Assembly: GCA_963693365.1 (NCBI GenBank) | Contig: CAVNZM010000006.1 | Coordinates: forward strand, 9,241,355 to 9,305,354 | Reading direction: 5' to 3' | DNA length: 64,000 nucleotides | From: Amoebidium appalachense | Taxonomy: Eukaryota > Protista > Ichthyosporea | Shown: one piece after another, positions 1 to 37,944 of the stretch | Numbering within the stretch: position 1 is the first letter of the stretch | Layout: the number at the start of each line of letters is the position of its first letter | The notes under the pieces: model-generated | What the model was told of the DNA's origin: nothing | The model's database searches: none | The model's input: only the letters and a program-made list of their open reading frames with translations | Made by a program: the position numbers and the translations under genes

Positions 1-59
1 CGGTTAAACGGTTACCACAATCAGGAATGTTTGCACCTGCGAGATACGGCCCTCCTTAC

Positions 60-836
60 CTCTATTTGCTCGATGCACCAGGCAGCCAAACGCAGCACTC
101 TCCTGGGAAATAAAAATATGAGGAAGGGATAAGGACATTTTTAAATCTCCGATGTGGGTAGTTTTTGACACAGCGAGTGTATACTGCACTATAGAATTTA
201 GAAAACAACCACTCTTGGGTGACCATCAAAGTTGCAAGCTCTGTAGCCCAGTCTATATGACGTAGAGATCGAAGGGGATGGGCCAGAAAGGGGAGGAAAG
301 AGGATATCCTATGAGGGGGCCTCGGGGCCCGAAAGCACTTTCCGTAAAGGGCGCGGAGCATGTGCATAAACGAAGAGGAATTTGGGGAAGGAGGTGTTGC
401 CGGGGCAAAAAGAACACATAAGTTAACCGTGCACCACCGTGAGTGAGTGAAAAGCAGTATGGGGCTACGGAGGTCTGTCTATTGTCCATGACAAAAGGGA
501 GAGTGTGGAAGAGAGAAAGAAAACACACTGCGTGTGCGTGTTGGAGCAAGTATACGTGTATGCACGTGCACTTGTGGAAAGCAGCAGTGTACAGATAGGA
601 ACACGTGTGAGTGACCCAAGCGCGGAGGGGAGGGGGCGAGGGGGGAAGGGGAGAAGGGGGGAGGTGCTGCAGTACAAAGATCAAATCTAAAACAACAAAA
701 AACGAGTTTGAGTACACAAAGGCACGCTAACGACAAAACATAAGAAAGAAGCTTGAGCAGAACCGCATAAACAGGAAAGTCCAAAATCATCTACCTCGCC
801 GTCAGGGGAGGAATAGGTTTGGGGAGGGGGAGGAGT

Positions 837-870
<34 letters not shown>

Positions 871-1441
871 CGGTGGGGGTCCTGAGGGGAAGGGCGGGGG
901 GGGGGGGGGGGGGAGGGGGGAGGGGGGAGGGGGGAGGGGGGTCTTCTTTAGAAGGTGTCATTTACGAGCCGTGCCACGGTGTGTGGAAATCAGGGAGTAA
1001 GGAAGGGATGATTAACTTGCCATCTACACGCCATGGGGTAAAAAAAAGGGCCTGCGGGTTTATGCCAAGGGGGCCTGGGGGCCCGGGGGGAGGGGGGGGG
1101 GGGGGAGGGGGGAGGGGGGGAGGGGGGAGGAGGCACAGAAAGCTAGGGGTTTGCAGACTCCTAACATCCAGCTATTCGGATTCTGTCAAGCAAAAAAAAA
1201 GGGGGGAGGGGGCGGGGGCGGGGGCGGGGGGGGGGGGGGGAGGGGGAGGGGGGAGGAGGAGGGGAATGAAAGACGGGAGGATCCTAATTATAACAACAAA
1301 CCAAGCTGAGACTCGCTTAGGATGGGGTACCTAACGGGTAGGGTGTCAACCTACTGAGGCAAGGCTGTGTGTGGCTGCCATCTCTTTGAGCCACTCCACC
1401 TGGTCGGGGCACAACGTCCACTCTCGCTCTACAGAGCCCAT
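60..1441 (-). CDS. Small uncharacterised protein, partial (continues beyond the window start). Exons 1441-1355 and 102-60
   Basis: ATG at 1441 gives MGSVEREWTLCPDQVEWLKEMAATHSLAS, then donor GTAGGT. Acceptor tttcccag precedes ESAAFGCLVHRANR, then donor GTAAGG. Phases are consistent. The pattern 'DQ..WL..MA..H.L....A..CL...AN' resembles, from memory, a family of small hypothetical proteins; not verified by search. Confidence 0.55.
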
Positions 1442-1729
1442 TTAACGTTCAGTTCTGAGTACGGTAGGAAAGATGACCTACATGTATACATATGCATACA
1501 CAGCACCACTTGAGAAACACAGCTGCACCAACTGTGAACCTGGTCCAAAGAACAGATTCGGTATGAAGACTATGCACTCTATGAAAGTATTCTTATCATT
1601 TTATTATTCATCTGACTAGATAGTTGATGTCATCAGCGCAGACTACCTTTCGCCACGTCCAGTAAAAGCTGAACAGCTCCATCTCCAGGTTACTTGTGAA
1701 TCTCAGTCCAGTTTTTCCTATCCTCCAGG

Positions 1730-3030
1730 ATGTATGCAAGCTTGCCAAAACTAGTTACTCTGACCAGAACATCCATACAATCTTCTCTTAGCGTAAAATG
1801 TTTAACCACCAGAGTTCACCAACATTCACTACAAGCCTGGCCATGCATTCACAGGCACTACGCCACACTTTCAAAGGGTGACCAAGTAGCACACACGCAC
1901 ACAGGAAAAAAAAACTCTAAAAAGGATGAAAGTAGTCAGGTTGAGATCGACGGATCCGATTCGGAAGCACGTGAAGTTGCCGAAGGCAAAACTTTCACTG
2001 GAGTTACTGCCTCTTTGAGATTAGACAACGTAGGTAAGTTGACAACCAATCCCAATTGTGTCGCCGGAGCTTTTGTGGTATTTGCAGGATTGCGGGAAGC
2101 AAGATGGGGGGGGTTGGGGGCAAGGGGGAGGGGTTGGGGGTAGGGGTGGGGGGGGCGGAAATGTGTGTGTGTGTGTGTGTGTGTATGTGGTTGGAGGAGG
2201 GGGGGTGAAGGGGGGGTAATTCGGAATGATTCACCTCGTTCTTCTCTTTGTGTCTTCTAGCTGGGTGTTTGTCTACTCTTTGTCTTGTGACACCTACGCC
2301 TTCTATCTCTTGCACCCTCTCCCCCCCCCCTTCCCCTCCCCCCCCCCCCCCTTCCCCTTCCCCCTCCCCCACCATACTCGGCCTCCCGTATGAGACTTCT
2401 TCACCACCTTCATTACATCCTTTCTCCCCTTCATCCCTCTCTCTCGAACCCTCCTTCTACGCCAGCCTTTCTTGAGCCCTAAATTGTCGCTTTCAATTTT
2501 CGTTGGCCTTGCTTCCTTGTGGGCTCAAATAGACAGCCTGAACGTAGCAGCAACTAAGTGGTTTGCTTTCATTGAAACCACAGTGGCCATCGGTTTAGGC
2601 ACACCCCGTGGTAAGACCGAGGTGCTTGTGACGGCCGGCAAGGTGAAAGTCAACGGGGTGGCGGTCAGGAAACGGAGTCACCAGGTGGGTATCCTTTCGG
2701 TTTCCTAGGCACAATAAATGCATGTGTTTGAGCTGGTCTCTGCCTGTGTGCACAATCACAAGCTCCCTGATAGTGGCTGCACGTCCAATAAGCTAGCCGC
2801 TCTTCCTACCATGTATGCAACCCGTCTGTGAGTGTTGGGCAGTGGGGAAAGATGGCAATCAGTTAACACGTCGGGTTTGGTGTCCACAGGTCAAACTGGG
2901 GGATGTTATCGAGGTGGTGCGGGTGGAGGCGGTGACCAAGCGGGGGGGTGTTCTTAAACTGGAGGAACTTGCGCTAACCGCAAAAGGCCGCCATAGAATA
3001 ACTTTCACACGGCTGCCAAGTAGTAAATAA
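1730..3030 (+). CDS. S4-like RNA-binding domain protein (MTRES1/YlmH-like), probably organelle-targeted. Exons 1730-2033, 2584-2684, 2890-3030
   Basis: Spliced product reads ...TASLRLDNV|VAIGLGTPRGKTEVLVTAGKVKVNGVAVRKRSHQ|VKLGDVIEVV...TAKGRHRITFTRLPSSK*. This carries the S4 motif (SLRLD...G..R......I..GKV.VNG......S..VK.GDVI). The N-terminus is Ser/Thr/Arg-rich like a targeting peptide. Introns are GT-AG with matching phases. Confidence 0.85.
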
Positions 3031-3914
3031 TCGCAACACCTGTGAACTGGGAATGGATGGAATGAGAAGCAGTGCAGTTTTCCACCGTTATTTATCGACG
3101 AAAGTTTCTTTGTGTCCTCTGAGGGCTCGACTTGTATAATGCATAGTTGTGTTTCTGTAACACATATTATTCATCGCTGTATTTCTGTAACACTGTCCAA
3201 GGTTGTGCACTTCTCACGTCCACTTCACGACAGACGGGCTCACCGTGAGTTCTCCAGTTTGATTTTCATAGCAAAAAGCCTTCTATATAAGGCTAATATA
3301 GTTACGCAAAACATCTATTCATCTACTTTATTTGGTTAAAATGGCTGCATTCCTCGACCGTTGCTCCTTTTGTTGCTTGGCACGCAAATCCGCCCTGCAT
3401 TCATGCACGCACCTTGACCGCCGAGTCGGTGACGAGCTGCCGTGCCGGCTAAAGTATTGGTGCGATGCTTTCTGGTATGAATCATAACATCAGTTTCTAA
3501 AAATTAGCACGCATACACAGTAGAGCAACGCAGCAGGCAATACCAACAGATCAGTCCATGTGAAGGCTTTTTGTAAGCTCGTTGATGTAACTGGTGTCAC
3601 GTTCTCGAAACGGATTCGTTGCAATCCATGTTCAGGCACCTGGTGGTTGTGTGACTGTCTGCACTTGAAATTAATGTGCACGTTAGGACAAAAAATACTG
3701 GGCTGGCCAACTTATGCTAGTCACATTATAGAGCTCGAATAGGAAGCATACACGATATTTGGTGCCGCTGTAGCGGCCCTTGCTAAGTCCCGTTCACCCG
3801 GAGGATCCGCACCAGCTGAGATCTTCGCCCCTTACCAACTTCATACCCTCTCAAAACCACCACATGGACATGAAAAATATCTAGAACCTCATTTTTTTCT
3901 TCATACACTTCAAC

Positions 3915-29092
<25,178 letters not shown>

Positions 29093-31237
29093 CATACTTC
29101 GTTGTTCCCGTGATCCTCCCAATCCTCCGCTAATAGCATTCCACACAGTTGCCCCTTCACCCTCGCCCAAAGGTGTGAACATATGGTCCAGTGAGACAGC
29201 TTTTTGCCTTTGAGGGAACGAACTTTTGGACGACAGGCGTCTCGTTATTGCAGTCACTCTTGCCACATTCCTGTTCTATTAGTTAGTATGGCCACCATAC
29301 CACCATAATGAGATAGTCTGTAAGTTGTGGAGCAGTGAGAGTCGTGCATGCAAGCATATATACCAAATGTTGTTACAGTAGTGGGATATGAAGGGGGGGG
29401 GGGGGGGGGGGGGGGGGGGGTTGCAGAGGACTCGTTTAGGTATGAATGCAACTGTGTGGTGCGTGGATGGTAGCATAATATTGCTCAGCAGGTAGCAGAG
29501 CGTATATGTAAACAGACAACAGCCTGCTTGTTCGTTTTATTCCTGCTTATGATAACGCCGGGCAGTGCTTGCCATATGAATACTCAGTGTTATCTAAGTA
29601 GCTAGACTTTCGATTACAAATGTGTTTCACAGCGAGCTGTTGCAGTCAAACTCATAGCCAGGCACCGGATACATGTGTCAAACCTTAGAATGTTGTTGTC
29701 GGATACTACGCGTTTAAGGTTTAATAGGCAGGGCTTATTTTAAATATAATAAGCCACCGGGGAGTTGGTGCACGTGTTAGGTAAAAGTATTGTTACAGCA
29801 TGTTATCGGAGTATGGATCCTAGTATTCCGGACCCTGACATGGATGGAACTTCCAATAAACAAGCGATCTGCTGACGCTACCACATATTTACCCTAGTTG
29901 CTTGTAGACTTTGTGACGATACAAACACAACTTTGAAGTATGTTTACGATATGTGCGACAACAAATCAAGGGACCGGATGAGCATAACGATAACTAAATC
30001 ATGATATCGTTGATGCATACGGCGGTTAGTGTACACGTATAGGCCTAGGTGCCCTAGTTCAACGACTAAATAACTAATACGAATTTGTATTCAGTTGATT
30101 CAATTCCACAGAATACGAATACGATGTCTATTCCCGCGATTCATCAGCGTTGTTCAGTCCACAATGCTGACCGCAGGCACGCACTTTATTTTCATGCACA
30201 CAGTAGATCTGTGTAACAGAATATCTATGTAGGCTGCTAGTTTGGGTCATGTATAGTATATTAGACACCCCGATGTTTGTTGAATGCGCGACCCTACGTC
30301 CACACATATTCACATGTGAACCAACTTTCTAGCTACAAAGTAACAAAGAAGCGAGTCATGATATGCACACATGTTCAGGACCCAAGCGTAGATTTCTCGT
30401 TTCATGGCAGCTAGGGTGGCACCACGCCGCTTGCAGGGCCCCACGCCACGCCACCTCCCGGTTTGTTCCAACCGGTGAACATCGTCTGCAGAACATGGCG
30501 CTAAAAATGAATGACGAATGGCCTCCGAGTCCCCAGGTTATATAGCCAATCAGCAAACCTGGTTATCCAATCAAAGCCATGGGTTTCATGGAACGTTCGG
30601 AATGTTATGCACTGGAAGAGTCCCTGCAGGCTGCAGGGCCGAGATCATGGCCCGGCGGCTAATCTTATTTACATATATTGATATTAGAAGGGAAAGTGTA
30701 AAAAAAGATAATTAAAATGAGGGAGAAAATATAGAGTGTATAGAGAGAAGTAAAGCAGCACCAAAGAAAGCATTGAAATGCTTAGAACCTTTCCCCTGCC
30801 CCCTCGGCCTCCGAGCCTGATAAAAAAATCGAACATTCCAGCGATTTTTTGAAAGCCAATCATCGTCGTCGGTCTTTATCGAAGAATGCCAGCATTGGCC
30901 TGTTACAAGAGTGGATGTGCCTGTTCGAACGGCCAGGTCCAGGTCTGTGTTCGGGTGATGGAATGCGGCCAAATTCCTCGTATCAGATCGACGATCTGTT
31001 GGATTAGGCCAGGACGTCCAGATTCCGCATTCCAATGTCCGGAAGCTGGACGACAGGCTGGAAAACGATGCATCTGTCGTCCCATCGCAGGAATGCGGTC
31101 AGGTTACAGCTGATTGGTCGATCGATTTCTGATCCTTATTGATTAACTAAAATATAGATCCTATAAACCTAAAACCATTCCTGACCGAGCCGCTGGTCCA
31201 GCTGCCACCGGACCTGGACGTGGCTCATGCATTCAGC

Positions 31238-31270
31238 CACGGCCCTCTGAAAAAAAGACAGAGGGCCGTG
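31238..31270. mobile_element. 33-bp palindromic mini-insertion with 7-bp TSD (ATTCAGC)
   Basis: attcagc|CACGGCCCTCTG-aaaaaaaga-CAGAGGGCCGTG|attcagc. Confidence 0.8.
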
Positions 31271-31326
31271 ATTCAGCCTGCCGCCGGCCGGCAACCGGTC
31301 CCATTCGGTGAATTATGCATCTGGAC

Positions 31327-31365
31327 CAAGGCCTCCTAAATAGGTGTGCTATTTAGGAGGCCTTG
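31327..31365. mobile_element. 39-bp palindromic mini-insertion (17+5+17) with 8-bp TSD (ATCTGGAC)
   Basis: atctggac|CAAGGCCTCCTAAATAG-gtgtg-CTATTTAGGAGGCCTTG|atctggac. Confidence 0.88.
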
Positions 31366-31538
31366 ATCTGGACCCAGACCTGGCCGTTCGAACAGGCCAG
31401 TATCTGAATGGGTGCTAAAAAATAATTAAAATATCAGATAAACGTGAAGTTCCTTGTGTTTTAAGATTTGCATCTCATGCTGCTCCGGCTGAATGTAGAT
31501 AATACAGTTCCCACCGTGAGCACTGGTTGCGACTTGAC

Positions 31539-31577
31539 CACGGCCATCTAGAAACACCGTGTTTCTAGATGGCCGTG
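31539..31577. mobile_element. 39-bp perfect palindrome (19+1+19) of the same CA[AC]GGCC-terminal type; no clean TSD
   Basis: CACGGCCATCTAGAAACAC-c-GTGTTTCTAGATGGCCGTG; the flanks acttgac and atttac are only loosely similar. Confidence 0.75.
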
Positions 31578-31640
31578 ATTTACATTTGCAAGTGACCTGT
31601 ATATAATTATCTGATCCTCGTTCCTTAACACGACAAAAAA

Positions 31641-33093
31641 ATGACCAGCTCAAACGAAAAAACCATCGCGGCAGACTGTCAGTTTACCATGCCGCCCGGG
31701 GGCATGGCACCAGCAACATGTCTACTACTGTTTGCAGGCGCCATCATTGCCGCCATGCAGGCTCTGAACGTCGGCCTGATGATTGGCCAGCCCAACCAGT
31801 CCGCCACAGCAGTAGCGACATACTACGGGGTCAGCACCTCCGGCAATGAATGGTCCTGGGTGACCTCGTGCTTTCCTTTGGGCGGCATTGTCGGTGGGTT
31901 GGTGGGCGGCCCACTGACTGGTTGGCTGGTGCCGAAGAGGACCCAGCTACTCAACAACCTGCTATGGCTGTGTGCTGCTGGTCTGCTGATGGCCCTTGCA
32001 CCAAACATTGTGGCGCTCATGTGGGGGCGTATCATCGGAGGTTTTGCGGCGGGTATTGCCAGCGCATGCACGCCCATCTGGGTGTCTGAGTGTGCGCCAG
32101 ACCATGTGCGTGGTGTCCTGGGCATTTTCTACCAGCTGTTTATCACCATGGGCATCTTCCTGCTATCCATCTTTGGCATGCAGAGTGTGCTGGGCTACGG
32201 TGAGATGTGGCGCTACCAGTACGGCCTGACCATTGTCCCGGCAGCAATCCACCTGTGTGGGTTCATCTTCATGCCAGACAGCCCCCGCTATCTCGTGAGT
32301 ACTGATGACATTGAGGGTGCAACACATGCACTCCGGCGGCTGCGTGGCCCAGCCAATGCCGTGGTGCCCGAACTTCAATCCATTCAGACTGATGCCGAGA
32401 ATGATTTGGCCGAGTCCCTGGGCAAGTGGGAGACCTGAAGCTGCTGTGGACACGCCAGTACGTGCTGCAGACTGTCATGGCCGTGGGGCTGCAGGTGTCC
32501 CAGCAGATGTCCGGCATCAACGCCATCATGTTCTACTCGGCCCAGATCTTCCTGGATGCCGGCATGAGCAGTGCCGAGACCGCAACCATCATCGTCATGG
32601 CCGTCAACGTGGCCGCCACCTTCATTGCCATCCCTCTGATTGACAACCTGGGCCGGCGACCACTGCGCGCATGCTGGGCGGGTTTGGAGGCATGCTCTTG
32701 TGGAACATGCTGTTCGGGGTAGGCGTGACATACCACTGGGACGTGGCCACCATAGTCGTCATGCTGCTGGGCGTTATCTGCTTTGCGGTTGGCCCAAGCC
32801 CCATCCCATGGATGGTCACGTCTGAAATTCTGCCCGGTAATGTGCGCAGTGCCGGTGTGGGCTTGGCGGTGTTGACCAATTGGGTCTTCACGTTTGCTGT
32901 GGGCTTGTTCTTCCCACCCCTGCAGAGCGCGGCACAGGAGTCCTCATTCTTCTTCTTCATGGCCTGCTGCTTCTTCATCACTATTTATTCTTATTTTGCT
33001 GTGCCTGAGACCAAGGGCAAGTCCATCGATGAGATTCAGGAAATATTTGCGGGCCGTCGTACATCTGAGGTTAAAGAAGCATCAGCTGCATAA
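31641..33093 (+). pseudogene. Intronless MFS sugar porter (GLUT/SLC2A class I-like) interrupted by two frameshifts; pseudogene or sequencing errors
   Basis: ORFs 31641-32438, 32426-32722 and 32671-33093 join into one transporter. Motifs: GRIIGGF..G, SECAPDHVRG.LG..YQLFITMGI, MPDSPRYL, QQMSGINAIMFYS, DNLGRRPL, GPSPIPWMVTSEILP, VPETKGKSIDEI. One G is missing at about 32428-32430, and 5 extra nt (CGCGC) lie at 32666-32670. Confidence 0.9.
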
Positions 33094-33816
33094 GAAGAAT
33101 CTTTCGACATGTGCATGTTCAATTTTTATATATTTCGGAATGTAATAACTCGAATTGGGAATTTCCTTACATGTATACTGATATTTTATAATACTAATGA
33201 CACAGGATCTTCTTTTGTTGTGTAGAGTCTAGCCTAAGCCTTGTTGAAAGAAAGAAAGGTACCACTTTTCACAAATAAATCCGAGTACCAAGTCAGAACC
33301 AAATCGCTAAAATGGGGCAAAGCTGGAATCTTGTGGCGATGGTGAGGAGTTGGGACAGAGGTGAAGTGCGGACTTGGGAGGAGAGAGGGGGAGGGGGGAG
33401 GGAGGAGAGTAGGGGGGTTGGGGAGTTCGGAAGGGAGGATGGGAGGGAAATGGGGAGAAGGACGGGAGAAAGAGAGAGAGGGAGGGAGGGGGGGGGGGGG
33501 GGGGGGAGGGGGAGGAAGGGAGAGTATGAGCGAGTGAGTCAATGCCATCGGATAGTGAGTGAGTTGGCGTGAGTCGGAGTGAGTCGGAGTGAGTGCACGT
33601 GATGATAGAGAACGCATGGGAGCCGGGGCGAAAGGGGGGAGGGGGGGGGGAGAAGGGGGGGGGGGAGGACCTTTCTGCCTTCCTTTCTTCCTTCCCTCCT
33701 TTCCCCGGCCCCCCTCCCTGGTTTTTTTTCCCCTTTTTTTTCTTTTCTCCTTCAAATTTGTCTTTTTTCTTCGTAAATTCTTTTTCTTTTTCTTTTTCTT
33801 TCTTTCTTTTTTTTTT

Positions 33817-33858
<42 letters not shown>

Positions 33859-34492
33859 GTGGGAAGAGCACTTTTATTGCCCTTTCTCACGGTGCATGAC
33901 ACATCCACATGGACGTACATGTGCACTTCGCATAAGTGGGTTTACTTTCAGCACACGCACAGAGTCTGAGACTGTGAGAGATCCGACTCGTGCACATGTG
34001 CGCATGCCGCACATGCACACGTACCCACACAACTCATGCTCAACTTACCATACATATGACCAGGCTATGCCGCAGGCACATAATATAGTACATACACTTA
34101 CATGTGAACATACATTCGCACATGTGCGACCGCATAATGTGCACGGGATACACACACGGCTACACATGCTGCGGTGACATACGTGTGCGTGCACACATCA
34201 CACACCGAGTATGCAAGGCATCCATGCACACACACAGCAAACAAGAAACAGTGGATTCAAATAGCGGTAAAATCCTTTTAAGATGGAAACGTGTTATGGC
34301 GATTTTTCGAAACAAAAATTTGAGCGAACCCTGGGTATCATGAAACATTATACTAAAAAGCTCCCGGCAGTGACTTGGATGTTCAGCAGGGTTATACCTT
34401 ACATGCAGACAGGATCACAATATTGCATACGAGGGGCCTATCGGTATAGATACTGGGAAGTGTAATTTTTTTGGTCGACATTTATTGGTCTT

Positions 34493-34530
<38 letters not shown>

Positions 34531-35213
34531 TTCACCCCCCCAACACCACCACCACCAAAAAGAAAAAACAAAAATCTTGCTGAGTGGGAAGAGGCGCAGG
34601 ATAGAGATAACTGTGCAAAAAAGGATCATATTTTTTTTCTTTTAAGCAAGACAAGCGATAAGAATTAGCATTTTTAGGGGCCATCCTCGACCTACTAGCC
34701 CCCGGAGGAGGAGGGGGGGGGGGGGGGGGGGGGAAAGGGGGGGGGGGGGGGGGGGGGGGAGGGAGGGGGGGGGGAAGAGTTGGGGGGGGGGGGGGGGGGT
34801 TACAGGTTGATACTGTAAGCCAATAAAACGTTGTTGAGAATGAGGGGGAAGAAAGGATGATAGGGGGGGTTGGGTGGGGGAGTGGATGCAGCCAACAAGG
34901 GAGGGGAGGGAACGGCAATGAGGATGAATGGATAGAAGAACAGGGTTGGGCAATCGATGGAAAAGGATGAGGTGGTGAGAGTGGCGGGCTGAGTGGGCGA
35001 CAATGAATCCCACGGTTCTAAACCCCCATGTTTTCTCTTTGGCTGGGATGATTTTGGGTGTGGACCTAAAAAATACAGAAAGCTAAAGAGGTTATCTGAC
35101 AGTCCAAGGTTCGAAAAGGCACTATGGGGAGGGGAGGTTGGTAGAGGTGAAGGGCCACGCCGGGAGGGCGGGGGTGGTGGGGGGGGGGGGGGGGGGGGGG
35201 GGGGGGAGGGGGA

Positions 35214-35217
<4 letters not shown>

Positions 35218-35302
<85 letters not shown>
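35218..35302. repeat. (GA)n microsatellite next to poly-G
   Basis: Direct reading. Confidence 0.95.
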
Positions 35303-35305
<3 letters not shown>

Positions 35306-36307
35306 GGGGGAGGGGAGGGTGGATGGTATGGGTGTATGAGAGGTGCGGCAATTTTGGGGAATGGGATGGTGGGGATGGGGGTGGGGAGGGGAGGGGAGAG
35401 GGGAGGGGGGAGGGAGGGGGGGGAAGGGGGGGGGGAGGGGAGAGGGTGGATAGGACGGGGAAGGTATTTTTGTGAAAGGTAAAACGAATATGACCCAAGT
35501 TGCAGAGAAGGGGAAACGTTTAGGGAGGGAGGGGGGGAGGGGGGGGGGGAGGGGGAAGGGTAGGGGGGGTGGGATTGCTGTACTGTTGCCTTTGGGTGGT
35601 GGACATGTGGCATGGTGTGTGACTGTGTCACTATAATTTAAGTTCGATCTTTTTTTAAAAAAAAGGCTCCCATGAAAATACAATAGTTGTGTGTGTATGT
35701 GGGGGGGGGGGGGGGGGAGGGGGGGGGGGAGAGGGGGGTTCGCAGGGAGAGGTCGGGAGGAGAGGGGTTGTGAGGAGAAGGGCCATGTGGGTTGGTGTGT
35801 GGGCCGGGGGGGGGAGGTCGGCGTGTACGTTGGCGTGTGGGCCGGGGGGGAGGTTTATTTTTGGGTGGGGAGGAGGGGGGGGGGGGGGGAGGGGGGGGCG
35901 AGGGGGTATGCATAGCAGCCTCAGCTTTTCTGGGGCACTTGTATAAGGGAACAGGATAAAAGGGATGCTTTAAAGTTAATTTTTGGTACCATTCCGTTTT
36001 CATCTAAATCCAAGACCCTCAAAGGACGTGATATCCTGCAAATCAGAAAGAGCATATGTCTGACATGACCCAATCAGCATTCAGATTTTTTCACGCCGGC
36101 AGTATTTGGTCATTCTTTCAATTTTTGACTTGCCAACTGCAGGTTTTGTGTGTGTGGCCCCTTGTGTTTGAGGATGCATCCTCAGAAAACGAATTCGCAG
36201 ACAAATGGACGAAAGAGAAGCATTGGGGATTTTCCCCCGGGGGGGGGGGGGAGGGGGGAGGGGGGGGGGGGGGGAGAAAGGGGGGGGGGGGGGGGGCTTT
36301 TTTTTGG

Positions 36308-36343
<36 letters not shown>

Positions 36344-37132
36344 GGGGGGAGGGGGGGTTGGGGGGAGGGATGAGATAGGCCTGATCGTCTCCCTGCTGGG
36401 GATGATATGTAGGATTTGTAAGTCGGAGGGTAGTTTAAGGGATGTGAAGAGGCTCGGGGGGGACAGGGAGGAAAGGGGTGGGCGGGGGTATATTGATGGA
36501 ATTTACAATAGCTTCAAAGTCACGGGGGATTGTGTTGTGTTTTTGATTGTTGAATACTTGCATGCCACTTTGTGCGAGAGTGCGGGTGATGACGGGAGTT
36601 GAGGTTTGTGGAGGGCAACTGAAGGGATGGGTGGGGAGGGGAAAGGTGTAGGGTGATTGTGGGGAAGTTTGGTATATCCTCTGTCAAAGTGTTTGCCCCA
36701 ATGGCTTCTAAGACAAAGACAATGCGGATCTAGGGGGATATAGGGGGCCCAAGAGCATGATCTGCCCTATGGTGGATGGTTCTGGTAAGTGCGGGGCCAA
36801 TGTGGGGGTAGGGAAGGGAGGAGTGAAAGAGGGATGGGGTAGCCGGGCTGTGTTTGTGCAGGATTATGGAGCAGTGACTATGGGTGTGTGAATATCTGAG
36901 ATGGTGGCGGTGGTGTTGGTGATGTGCGTGTATGTGTGTGTGGGTGGGGGAGCTGGGTGAGGGGTAGTGAGGGGTGGGGGACGACGAAGGAGAACAATAG
37001 AAGTTTGCTGAGGGCCAACAGAAAAGCAGGGGGTGTGGGGTGTGTTAAACCTGGCTGCCTGGGAAGAAGAGTACTTCGGGAGGTTTAGGGCTTGCTAGTC
37101 GAGAACGGTTTTTGTGATGGGGGCGTCACGCA

Positions 37133-37168
<36 letters not shown>

Positions 37169-37819
37169 GGTGTGTGAGAGGGGGGGGGGGGGGGGGAGGG
37201 GGGAGGGATGTACATAGAGTACTTCACATGACCACATGCAAACTTTAAGCGAGTGTAGTACTGATGATGAGAACGGAAGAAGAAAAAAAAAGAAACATAC
37301 CAATAAATAGTAAAACCCCGAGGACTTGCTCCTCAGGCCGGGATAATCCAAATCATCGGCCGTACCCAAGCGTTGACCATGCAGCTTGCGCACATCAACT
37401 ACTTAGAGACGGCCCTCAAAGTGGCAGGCCCAAGGTGGTGGTGGGGAGGTTGGGAAGGTAGGGGGGGCGGGGGGGGGGGGGGGGGGGGGAGGGGGGGAGC
37501 GGGGGAGGAAGAGTGGGAGAGGGTACGTGATTCAGAGTTGCAGCATACTAAGGCTCTTATTTTGTGTATGCGGCAACACACGCGTCTTGTTAGGGCAGCA
37601 GGCAGAGGGGCATGCAGTATTGAGAGTGTCGGAATACACGGCAGGCTGTGGGACTCGGGACAACGGCCGGATGGGTAGACGCATAGGCGGTGCATGGAGG
37701 CGGGGGGGGGGGGGGGGGGAGGGGGGGTAGGGTGGGGGCTGGGGGGGGGGAGAAACGGAGAACCCGAATGAGCCATGTAACCAGGGGTGTCAGTGTAAAA
37801 AATATGGATCCGCCAGTGA

Positions 37820-37904
<85 letters not shown>

Positions 37905-37910
37905 ATGGGT

Positions 37911-37944
<34 letters not shown>

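Larger units (their letters stand above)
30897..31398. mobile_element. MITE-like non-autonomous DNA transposon (~500 bp) with 21-bp terminal inverted repeats
   Basis: GCCTGTTCGAACGGCCAGGTC (30919-30939) is the exact reverse complement of GACCTGGCCGTTCGAACAGGC (31377-31397). The left end probably extends to GGCCTGTT at 30897. Flanks ATT/AGT form only an imperfect 3-bp TSD. No coding capacity. Confidence 0.75.
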
